Positions 8,272 through 16,040 of a stretch of DNA of 30,355 bases are shown in pieces. The notes under the pieces are model-generated. The model made no database searches. It had not been told where the DNA came from and saw only the letters and a program-made list of their open reading frames with translations. Every line of letters begins with the position of its first letter. Position 1 is the stretch's first letter. The DNA lies in IMG/VR virus record IMGVR_UViG_3300008255_000347, positions 1 through 30,355 of that record. One strand, written 5' to 3'. The stretch is from a virus. Taxonomy: Duplodnaviria; Caudoviricetes. A program made the position numbers and the translations under genes.

Positions 8272-8627
8272 TCGAAACATTGAAGCTTCTTCTCAGCGGC
8301 ATTGCCGTCGCGATTTCGCTTGCGAGCTTCGCCTATGCCTGGCACTCGACCCGGAACCGCGCCCAACGCGCCGAGATCGAGGCGCTGAAGGAACGCATTG
8401 CGAGCGTGGATGGCAGGCGCGCGACGAATGTCGGCGAGCTGCGGGATCGCATCACGCGCGTGGAGGAAAAATTGCCGCATCTGCCGGACCAGAAATCCAT
8501 GCACGAATTGTCGCTCCGTATCGAGGAGATGCATGGCGACATGAAGGCCCTTCAACAGGCGCTGAAGGGCGTCCAGGGGCAGCTTGAGACCGCGAACGAT
8601 TTCTTGTTGAGAGAGAGGAAGGGATGA
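8268..8627 (+). CDS. DUF2730 family protein (Mu gp25-like)
   Basis: N-terminal TM, coiled coil, RVEEKLPHLP...HELSL, terminal DFLL; synteny. Confidence 0.8.
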   Translation: MIETLKLLLSGIAVAISLASFAYAWHSTRNRAQRAEIEALKERIASVDGRRATNVGELRDRITRVEEKLPHLPDQKSMHELSLRIEEMHGDMKALQQALKGVQGQLETANDFLLRERKG

Positions 8628-8923
8628 ACGACTGGGCCGAAACGAAAATCGAGGAACGCCGGCTGCGCATCCTGCAAGCCATTGCCCAGGACGAGGATCA
8701 GACGATGGGTCAGGCCCGGATCAAGTACGTGCTCGACGCCTGGGCATGGAAGGACCCTATTGAAGTGGTGCGGCAGGAGATGCGCTATCTCGCCAAGGTC
8801 GGCGCCATCCGGCTGGTCGCGGCGGGCGATGAATTCGTCGGCGTGATGAAGGAGCTCGGCCGCCAGCACCTTACGCACGAGAACATCATCGAGGGCGTTC
8901 TTGTTCCGAAGCGGAGCGACTGA
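8624..8923 (+). CDS. Mu gp26-like winged-helix protein
   Basis: ERRLRILQAI...VRQEMRYL...G...IEGVLVP pattern; position before gp27. Confidence 0.75.
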   Translation: MNDWAETKIEERRLRILQAIAQDEDQTMGQARIKYVLDAWAWKDPIEVVRQEMRYLAKVGAIRLVAAGDEFVGVMKELGRQHLTHENIIEGVLVPKRSD

Positions 8924-9495
8924 TGTCATCGGCAAAACGCGGCCGCCCCAGCTCGATCGACATGCTGCCCGAAGAGGCGGACGAGGATGTCCGCTGGGCG
9001 ATCGGGCAACTCAACGAGCGCAAGCGGACGGCGGAAGATATCCGCGAGGAGTTGAACAACCGGCTGCTGGCGATCGGCTGCGGACCCGTTTCGAAGTCGG
9101 CCTTCAACCGCTATTCGATCTTCCTTGCACGGCACGGCCGCGCCATGGCGCAGGTCCGGAATGTCGCCGCCGTGCTTGCCGAGCGCATGGACGAGGAACC
9201 GGATGGCGATGTGGGCCTCCTTCTCGCCGAAACGATCAAAACTCTCACCTATGACGTCATCATGGGGCAGGCGCTCAGCGATGACGGCCCCTCCATGAAG
9301 ATGCTGCTCGCGGCGGCGGAAGCCGTGCAGCGGCTCGAACTTGCCCGCAGCACCAACATGAAGGTCGCGAAGTTCAAGCGCGATCACTTCATCGAAAAGG
9401 CAGCGGACGCGGCCGAGCAGGCCGCGAAGGACGCCGGACTGTCCGGCGACCGCGCATCGCAGATCAGGCGCGAAGTCCTGGGCGTGAGGATCTGA
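8923..9495 (+). CDS. DUF3486 / Mu gp27 family, putative terminase small subunit
   Basis: RGRPSSIDMLPEE...VSKSAFNRY...GLS......IRREVLG. Confidence 0.88.
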   Translation: MSSAKRGRPSSIDMLPEEADEDVRWAIGQLNERKRTAEDIREELNNRLLAIGCGPVSKSAFNRYSIFLARHGRAMAQVRNVAAVLAERMDEEPDGDVGLLLAETIKTLTYDVIMGQALSDDGPSMKMLLAAAEAVQRLELARSTNMKVAKFKRDHFIEKAADAAEQAAKDAGLSGDRASQIRREVLGVRI

Positions 9496-9496
9496 C

Positions 9497-11146
9497 ATGG
9501 CATCGCCCTTCGACCATCTGCTTGAAGGCGAGAAGGAGCTTCCCGAGGAGTTGCCGCGCGGATCGGAAATCCCCGCCGATCTCGACCCGCTGGCGGACGG
9601 CATCCTGATGCAGCATCAGAAGGACTGGATTGCCGATACCTCGCCTTTGAAGCTCGCCGAGAAAGGGCGCCGCACGGGCATCACCTTCGCGGAAGCCCTG
9701 GACGACGCGATCACGGCCGCGACGACCCGCAAGGACGGCGGCGACAACGTGTTCTACATCGGCGACACGAAGGACAAGGGCCGCGAGTTCATCGGCTATT
9801 GCGCCCATTTCACGCGCGTCGTGCAGAAGGAGCTTGGACAGGTCGAAGAGTTCCTGTTCGAGGACAAGCTCGCGAATGGCGAGACGAAGTATATCGCCGC
9901 CTACCGCATCCGCTTCGCCAGTGGTTTCCGTATCGAGGCGCTGTCTTCCCGCCCTGCGAACATCCGCGGGTTGCAGGGCATCGTCGTGGTGGACGAGGCC
10001 GCCTTCCACGACGATGTGCGCGAGGTGCTCGACGCGGTGAATGCGCTGCTCATCTGGGGCGGCAAGGTCCGCATCATTTCGACGCATAACGGCACAACCA
10101 ATCCCTTCAACACGCTGATCCGCGAGACGAAGGCAGGCAAGGCGGACTATTCGCTGCACCACATTCCCTTCGGTCTTGCCGTCGAGAACGGACTTTACGA
10201 GCGCGTCTGTCTCATCAAGGGCGACGAGCCGACGCCGGAGGGCAAGGCCGAATGGGAGCGGAAAATCCGGGGCTCCTACGGCACGCGCCTCGCGGCGATG
10301 CGGCAGGAACTCGACTGCGTCCCGAAGGACAGCGACGGCGCTTTCATGACGCATGTGCTGATCGAGAGCTGCATGCGCGAGGACATTCCTGTCATCCGCT
10401 GGGCGGTCCCGCTCGAGATCGGCGGCATGGAACCGGAAGCCCGCAAGGTCGAGGTGAAGCGCTGGTGCGAGGAGAAGCTCAAACCGCTTCTCGATGCATT
10501 GCCGCCACAGCTCCGGAAGTCGCTGGGCACCGACATCGGTCGCCGTATCGACGCGACCGCCATCTGGCTCAACATGACGCTCGGCAATCTCGTCCGTGAA
10601 ACGCAATGCATCATCGAGCTTCGCGATGCGCCCTTCGCGGTCCAGCAGCAGGTGCTCTGGTACGTCATCGGGGCACTGCAGAAGCTGCAATGCGCTGCCA
10701 TCGACGCAACCGGCATCGGCGCAGCGGTGGCGGAAGCGACGCGCGAGAAGTTCGGCGGCGTGGTCCATGAGATCATGCTGAGCCGCGAGTGGTACCGGAT
10801 GAATATGGAGCCCTACAAGACGGCCTTCGAGCAGAAGACGATCGTGCTCCCGGCCGACGCGGACGTGCTCGCCGATCATCAGGCACTGCAGATGGTCAAC
10901 GGCATCGCCAAGGTGCCGGATGATCATCGCGAGGAAGGCGCGGACGGATACACGCGGCATGGCGACACGGCGGTGGCCGGCGCGCTCGCCTATTACGCCT
11001 CACGGCAGGACCCGCCGCCGATCGACGTTCACGTCGCAGGCGAAACGCGGGCGAGCCTTTCGGCCTATGGCGAGGCCCAGGACCAGCGAATGACGGATAC
11101 CGGCTTCGGCACTGTTGCCGGCGGGCTTTACATGGACGGGTATTGA
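9497..11146 (+). CDS. terminase large subunit (Mu gp28-like)
   Basis: EKGRRTGIT Walker A variant, LSSRPANIRGLQG.VVVDEAAFH Walker B, IISTHNG, IDATGIG, HGD nuclease motifs. Confidence 0.96.
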   Translation: MASPFDHLLEGEKELPEELPRGSEIPADLDPLADGILMQHQKDWIADTSPLKLAEKGRRTGITFAEALDDAITAATTRKDGGDNVFYIGDTKDKGREFIGYCAHFTRVVQKELGQVEEFLFEDKLANGETKYIAAYRIRFASGFRIEALSSRPANIRGLQGIVVVDEAAFHDDVREVLDAVNALLIWGGKVRIISTHNGTTNPFNTLIRETKAGKADYSLHHIPFGLAVENGLYERVCLIKGDEPTPEGKAEWERKIRGSYGTRLAAMRQELDCVPKDSDGAFMTHVLIESCMREDIPVIRWAVPLEIGGMEPEARKVEVKRWCEEKLKPLLDALPPQLRKSLGTDIGRRIDATAIWLNMTLGNLVRETQCIIELRDAPFAVQQQVLWYVIGALQKLQCAAIDATGIGAAVAEATREKFGGVVHEIMLSREWYRMNMEPYKTAFEQKTIVLPADADVLADHQALQMVNGIAKVPDDHREEGADGYTRHGDTAVAGALAYYASRQDPPPIDVHVAGETRASLSAYGEAQDQRMTDTGFGTVAGGLYMDGY

Positions 11147-11148
11147 GC

Positions 11149-12669
11149 ATGGCGGAAGATGTGACGCAGGACGCCCCGGCGAAGAAGCCGGAGATGCGCG
11201 AGATCGCGACGAGCGGCGACGGCCGCGACATCACAATCGGTTATTTCGGCCAGGGCGTCCGGCAGATGACGGACCCGATCCTGCTGGCGCGCGGCAGCGA
11301 TCTGGACGTCTATGAGGAGATCCTTCGCGACGACCAGGTGCAGTCCTGTTTCCAGCAGCGCCGCCTCTCGGTCATCAAGGCGGAATGGGATGTCGAGGCC
11401 GGCGCCGACGACAAGGCCTCGCAGATGGCGGCCGAGTTCATGAGGGAGCAGCTCGACGCGATCCGCTTCGACGATACGACGCTGAAGATGCTGAAGGGCC
11501 TCTTCCTCGGCTATTCGGTCGCGGAGTGCATGTGGGGAAAGGACGGGCGGTACTTCACGCTCGATGCGCTGAAGGTGCGGCGCGCGAAGCGCTTCCGCTT
11601 CGACATGGATGGAGGCTTGCGCCTTCTCACGTTGCAGAACAGCGCCAAGGGCGAGCTGATGCCCGCGCGCAAGTTCTGGACCTTCACGGCAGGCGCTGAC
11701 GATGACGACGATCCTTACGGTCGCGGCCTCGGCTACTGGTGCTTCTGGCCGGTGTGGTTCAAGAAGAACAACGTCAAGTTCTGGACGCTCTACCAGGACA
11801 AGTTCTCCGGACCGACTTCGGTCGGGAAATACCCGGCGAACGCGACGAAGGAGGAGATCGCCAAGCTCCTGCAGGCGGCGGGCGCTGTCGGCCGCGACAG
11901 TGCGATTGCCATTCCCGAAGGCATGGTGCTCGAGCTGCTCGAAGCGGTGCGCGCCTCGTCGGCGAGCTACGAGCCCTTTTACGACCGGATGGACGGCGCG
12001 ATCGCGAAGGTCATTCTCAGCCAAACGATGACGACGGATGCGAAGGCGACGGGCATCGGCTCGGGCGCGGCGAATGTCCACATGGACGTGCGCGAGGAAG
12101 TCACCACCTCCGACGCCGATCTCATCTGCTCGTCTTTCAACGAGACAGTCGTCGCCTGGCTGACTGAGTGGAACTTCCCCGGCGCAACGCCGCCGCGCGT
12201 CTGGCGGCAGACGGAGCCGCCGGAAGACCTGAACTCTGTCGCCGAGCGCGACAACAAGGTGAAGCAGCTCGGTTTCAGGCCGACGCAGGAACGGATCACC
12301 GACACCTATGGCGAGGGATGGGAGCCGGACACGCCGCCCGCTCCGCCACCCGGCTCAAAGGTGCTGCCCGGCCTTCCGGGCGGAGATCCATTGAACCCGG
12401 AGAAGAAGCCGCCGGCGCCGTCCTTTGCGGAAACAGTCGAAGACGATACCGCGCGTCTCGGCCGGGAGCTCGACGCCGCGGCCGCCGGTGCGGTGGAGAG
12501 CATGGTCGATGCGATCAAGGCGGAGCTCGATGCGAGTTCTACCCTGGTCGAATTCTCCGAGCGCCTCATGAGACGGTATCCGTCACTCGACGTGGAAGAC
12601 TTTGCGGCCGCGATGCGCGACGGCATGGTGCTGGCCGAGCTGACCGGCCGCGACGACATCGCAGGCTGA
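11149..12669 (+). CDS. portal protein (Mu gp29, DUF935)
   Basis: YEEILRDDQV...QRR, GYSVAECMW, PYGRGLG..CFWPVWFK, IAKVILSQTMTTD, VHMDVR..DADLIC. Confidence 0.95.
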   Translation: MAEDVTQDAPAKKPEMREIATSGDGRDITIGYFGQGVRQMTDPILLARGSDLDVYEEILRDDQVQSCFQQRRLSVIKAEWDVEAGADDKASQMAAEFMREQLDAIRFDDTTLKMLKGLFLGYSVAECMWGKDGRYFTLDALKVRRAKRFRFDMDGGLRLLTLQNSAKGELMPARKFWTFTAGADDDDDPYGRGLGYWCFWPVWFKKNNVKFWTLYQDKFSGPTSVGKYPANATKEEIAKLLQAAGAVGRDSAIAIPEGMVLELLEAVRASSASYEPFYDRMDGAIAKVILSQTMTTDAKATGIGSGAANVHMDVREEVTTSDADLICSSFNETVVAWLTEWNFPGATPPRVWRQTEPPEDLNSVAERDNKVKQLGFRPTQERITDTYGEGWEPDTPPAPPPGSKVLPGLPGGDPLNPEKKPPAPSFAETVEDDTARLGRELDAAAAGAVESMVDAIKAELDASSTLVEFSERLMRRYPSLDVEDFAAAMRDGMVLAELTGRDDIAG

Positions 12670-12672
12670 GCG

Positions 12673-13950
12673 ATGGCAACCGTCGCGACCGGATCGACGC
12701 CGCTGCCCGAAGCGCTGCCGGTTCACTTCACGGAAGCAATCGACTTCCTGCGGAACAAGCTGCGCCTGCCGACGCGCGTCTGGACCGACATGTGGCAGGA
12801 CATGCACAGCCGCGCCTTCGTCGTGGCCGGCGCGATGAAGGATGCGCTCGTGAAGGATTTTCACGAGGCGGTAACGCGCTCGATCGCGGAAGGCCGCACG
12901 CTGGAGGATTTCCGCAAGGACTTCGACCGCATCGTCGCGAGCCACGGCTGGAGCTATAACGGGTCGCGCGGCTGGCGCAGCCGCACGATCTACGAGACCA
13001 ACCTCTCGACCGCCTTCTCGGCGGGACGCTGGGCGCAAATCCAGCGCCTCAAGCATGTGCGGCCTTACATCCGCTACATCACCATGGCGGACGAGCGCGT
13101 GCGCTTCTCGCACCGCGAGCTCCACGATATCGTGCTGCCGGCCGACCATCCGTTCTGGCAAAGTTACTTTCCGCCGAACGGCTGGGGCTGCCGGTGCTTC
13201 GTCCAGTCGCTTTCGGAAGCGGACCTGAAACGGCTCGGCCTCAAGGTCACGCCGGACAGCGGCCTTCCCAAGGGTGTGCAGAAGACGACGATCAAGACGC
13301 CCGAAGGCGCCCTGGAGATTGAGACGCCGGAAGGCATCGCCCCTGGCTGGAACTACAATCCGGGTGCCGGCGCTTTCGGCCGCGGCCCCAATGCGCTGGC
13401 GATCGCCCGGCATGGCGACAGGTTCGACGCCCTCGAAGGCAAGAGTTCAATGCGGGAGACGGCGGGGCCGCTCGATCCGCAGCCGACGCGGACGCGGCCC
13501 GCGCCACGCGTGCCGTTGAACAGCGACGGTACGCCCTATGAAGAGGCGCTGAAGCGCGCTTTCAGAAATGCCCTTGGTGGCGACGAGGCGATCTTCACCG
13601 ACCCGCTCGGCAACCGTGTCTCGATTACGCAGGCCGTCACCGATCATCTTCTCGAAAAGGCAAAGACCAATGCCGGCGAGATCAATCGCGCCGCCTACTG
13701 GCCCTTCATCCAGGAGCTCGTCGAGACTCCGCAGGAAATCTGGGTCGGGTTTTCGCGGCACGAGGAGAGCGGGCGCGTCTATCTGAGGCGGCGATATGTG
13801 AAGCTGATCCAGCTTTCGGGGGGCCGCGTCATAGCGCTCGTCGCCGACGAGGAAGCCGGACAGGGGCAGGCGCTCACCATGTTCACCGGACGGCCGGGCG
13901 CCGCGCTCGACAATCTGCGCTCGGGCATCATGGCCTATCGGGCAGCTTGA
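12673..13950 (+). CDS. MuF (gp30) minor head protein with C-terminal PBECR2-like nuclease/toxin domain
   Basis: MuF motifs AFVVAGA, RTIYETN, DERVRFSH, DHPFW..YFPPNGWGCRC, GWNYNPG; extension FTDPLG...HL...R..YWPFIQELVETPQEIW...RRRYVK...TMF...NLRSG..AYR. Confidence 0.88.
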   Translation: MATVATGSTPLPEALPVHFTEAIDFLRNKLRLPTRVWTDMWQDMHSRAFVVAGAMKDALVKDFHEAVTRSIAEGRTLEDFRKDFDRIVASHGWSYNGSRGWRSRTIYETNLSTAFSAGRWAQIQRLKHVRPYIRYITMADERVRFSHRELHDIVLPADHPFWQSYFPPNGWGCRCFVQSLSEADLKRLGLKVTPDSGLPKGVQKTTIKTPEGALEIETPEGIAPGWNYNPGAGAFGRGPNALAIARHGDRFDALEGKSSMRETAGPLDPQPTRTRPAPRVPLNSDGTPYEEALKRAFRNALGGDEAIFTDPLGNRVSITQAVTDHLLEKAKTNAGEINRAAYWPFIQELVETPQEIWVGFSRHEESGRVYLRRRYVKLIQLSGGRVIALVADEEAGQGQALTMFTGRPGAALDNLRSGIMAYRAA

Positions 13951-14049
13951 GATCGGGTGATTTCCGGGGGGCGTGAACTACAGGCCCGCGCTTCCTGCGT
14001 TCGCTCTTCCTGCAGCCTTGAAAGGGCGCGGCCCGGCCACAGGCGCAAC
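13951..14049 (-). ncRNA. candidate structured antisense small RNA (3' end uncertain)
   Basis: Lies downstream of a near-consensus minus-strand promoter; no RBS-led ORF; nested helices found by eye. Confidence 0.45.
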
Positions 14050-14055
14050 GGGAGG

Positions 14056-14085
14056 AGTCTAGGCCCCTTCCGGCCCGTCTTCAAG
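14056..14085 (-). promoter_or_regulatory. sigma70-type promoter, minus strand
   Basis: Reverse complement reads cTTGAAG-N17-TAGACT (-35 at 14084-14079, -10 at 14061-14056). Confidence 0.7.
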
Positions 14086-14210
14086 CTCCGGCCGGCACCC
14101 TTACATCGGCGCGGAAGGGGAAGCGTTGCTCGGCCAGGGACCGGAGGTAAAATCGGGGAGAACGGCGCATTTCGGGAAAAGCCTCTCATTTGGCCGCACA
14201 CGCGCGGGGT

Positions 14211-14282
14211 GGCTCTCAGGCCCCGTCGCAGCGGAAAAATCCTGCAACGCGTTTTTCAAGGAGTTCTGGGGCTCTCAGGCCC
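14211..14282 (+). repeat. 13-bp direct repeat GGCTCTCAGGCCC (14211-14223 and 14270-14282)
   Basis: Two exact copies 59 bp apart in the F-I intergenic region. Confidence 0.8.
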
Positions 14283-14311
14283 TATATCTGGTGGCTTCCC
14301 CCCAGATATAG
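14282..14311. repeat. perfect 10-bp inverted repeat CTATATCTGG-N10-CCAGATATAG
   Basis: Read directly; AT-rich arms in a high-GC background. Confidence 0.85.
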
Positions 14312-14354
14312 CGGTTCCGCCCGGACCCGGCCCCAAAATCGGTGGTTAACGCCC

Positions 14355-14379
14355 TGACCCCGGCAATCGCCGGGGTGCC
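14355..14379 (+). promoter_or_regulatory. palindromic operator upstream of the head operon (putative Mor/C binding site, copy 2)
   Basis: TG-ACCCCGGC-AATC-GCCGGGGT-GCC; matches 7034-7058. Confidence 0.7.
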
Positions 14380-14438
14380 ATCGGAGGCGGGACAGGGGGA
14401 ATGTTGTGCATCTTCCACGACGCCCCCGGATTTCACAA

Positions 14439-15584
14439 GTGAAGCCCTTCGAAATCTTCAAGCCCGGCACCCACACCCCGATGACGGGCGCGCCGATCAC
14501 CTTTTCCGAGGACGTGGTGAGGGCGATCGCCGCTGCCTACGACCCTGCCCGCCACGAGGCGCCGGTCGTGATCGGCCACCCGAAGGATGACGCGCCCGCC
14601 TGGGGCTGGGTCAAGGGGCTCGAATTTCGCGACGGCGCTCTCATAGCCGAACTCGACCAGGTGGAACCCGCCTTTGCCGAGCTGGTCGAGGCAGGCCGCT
14701 TCAAGAAGGTGTCGGCCTCGTTCTACCCGTCCGACCACCCCTCGAACCCGACGCCCGGCCAGCTTGCGCTGCGCCATGTCGGCGTGCTCGGCGCGGTGGC
14801 GCCCTCCCTCAAAGGGCTGAAGCCAATCTCCTTTGCCGGCGACGAGGCGGAAATCCTGACTTTCGAATTCGGCGAGGGCGACCGGCAGATGTCTTGGGTG
14901 TTCGGCACGATCGGTCGCGCGCTCCAGGCCATGCGCGAACTGGTCATTGCCGACCGGGGCGAAGAAGCGGCCGACAAGGCCATCCCGAGATACGACATCG
15001 AAGAAGTGTACCGCGCCACAGGCGCGATGCAGGAGCGCGCTCGGAAGAGCGAAAGCCCTGCCTTTGCCGAACAGCCTGTCCAACCCGAACGGAAGGAACC
15101 TCCCGTGCCGAAGGAACTTGAAACGCGCGAGGCCGAGATCGCCGCCCGCGAAAAGAAGCTCGCCGACGACGCGCTCGCTTTCGCCGAGAAGCAGAAAGTA
15201 GCCCGCCGCGATGCCGACAAGGCCGTGCTCGACCAGCTCGCCACCGAAGGCAAGCTCGCCGCAGGTTATGTCGGTCCGGTTCTGGACTTCATGGAAAGTC
15301 TGGACATGACCGGCACGCTCGACTTCGGGGAAGGCGAGGCGAAGCAGACGGCGACGCCGCGCGATTTCTTCCTCGACCTGCTGCGCAAGGGCGGCACGGT
15401 CATCGACTTCTCGGAGCGCGCGGCCGCAGGCGAGGAAGCGGCGGGCACACTCGACTTCGCCGCACCGGATGGCGCGACGGTCGACCCGTCGCGAATGGAC
15501 CTCCACCGCAAGGCGGTCGCCCACCAGAAGGCCAACCCCAACACCACCTATGTCGATGCGCTTCGCGCGGTCGGCGTGAACTGA
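14439..15584 (+). CDS. prohead protease/scaffold (Mu gp32/I-like)
   Basis: KPFEIFKPGTH...YDPARHEAPVVIGHP...PAWGWV...GRFKKVSASFY...LRHVGVLGAVAPSLKGL; GTG start at 14439 inferred (alternative 14406). Confidence 0.92.
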   Translation: MKPFEIFKPGTHTPMTGAPITFSEDVVRAIAAAYDPARHEAPVVIGHPKDDAPAWGWVKGLEFRDGALIAELDQVEPAFAELVEAGRFKKVSASFYPSDHPSNPTPGQLALRHVGVLGAVAPSLKGLKPISFAGDEAEILTFEFGEGDRQMSWVFGTIGRALQAMRELVIADRGEEAADKAIPRYDIEEVYRATGAMQERARKSESPAFAEQPVQPERKEPPVPKELETREAEIAAREKKLADDALAFAEKQKVARRDADKAVLDQLATEGKLAAGYVGPVLDFMESLDMTGTLDFGEGEAKQTATPRDFFLDLLRKGGTVIDFSERAAAGEEAAGTLDFAAPDGATVDPSRMDLHRKAVAHQKANPNTTYVDALRAVGVN

Positions 15585-15594
15585 GGAGACAGAC

Positions 15595-16014
15595 ATGAGC
15601 CGTCAGTCCGCGCCGTTGCAGGCGCTCACCTACGTCGCCGATGGCGACCATGCTGCCTACCGCGCCATCGGCTTCGACGGCGCCATTGCGAGCGCCCAGG
15701 GCCAGAAGGTCATGGGCGTGTCACAGCGCGCCGCAACCGACACCAAGGTCAACGACATGGTCGTGTCGGGAACCACGGTTGTCGAGACAGGCGCCGCCTT
15801 TGCGGTGGGCGACAGCCTGATCGTCGACGCCCAGGGCCGCGCGATTGCCGCGACCGGCGCGCTCGCGATCGCTGCCGGCGCGACCGGCGTCACGTCGAGC
15901 GCCGCCAATGGCGAAGTGCTCGAAGGCGCGGACCTCCCTGAATACGTCTTCGCCGACGCGCTCGAAATCTCGGGCGGTGCCGGCGAATTCGTCGAAGTCC
16001 TCCTGCGCCGCTAA
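15595..16014 (+). CDS. capsid cement/decoration protein (DUF2190-like)
   Basis: Small Ala/Gly-rich beta protein between protease and capsid; GTTVVETGAAFAVGD..DAQGRA, GEFVEVLL; GAGGAG RBS. Confidence 0.8.
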   Translation: MSRQSAPLQALTYVADGDHAAYRAIGFDGAIASAQGQKVMGVSQRAATDTKVNDMVVSGTTVVETGAAFAVGDSLIVDAQGRAIAATGALAIAAGATGVTSSAANGEVLEGADLPEYVFADALEISGGAGEFVEVLLRR

Positions 16015-16040
16015 GCGCAGCAACATCAGGAAACGAGAAC

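Noticed and set aside
13974-13987. Minus-strand GGGCCTGTAGTTCA resembling a tRNA-Ile 5' end
   Set aside because: No D-loop GG, anticodon arm, T-arm or matching 3' acceptor strand follows
13981-14040. Three-way junction as a hammerhead ribozyme
   Set aside because: Lacks the CUGANGA and GAAA core
13957-14349. 130-aa + strand ORF as a MuF immunity protein
   Set aside because: No RBS, Arg/Gly/Pro-rich low-complexity translation, atypical codon usage, and it overlaps promoter and repeat motifs; looks like a chance ORF
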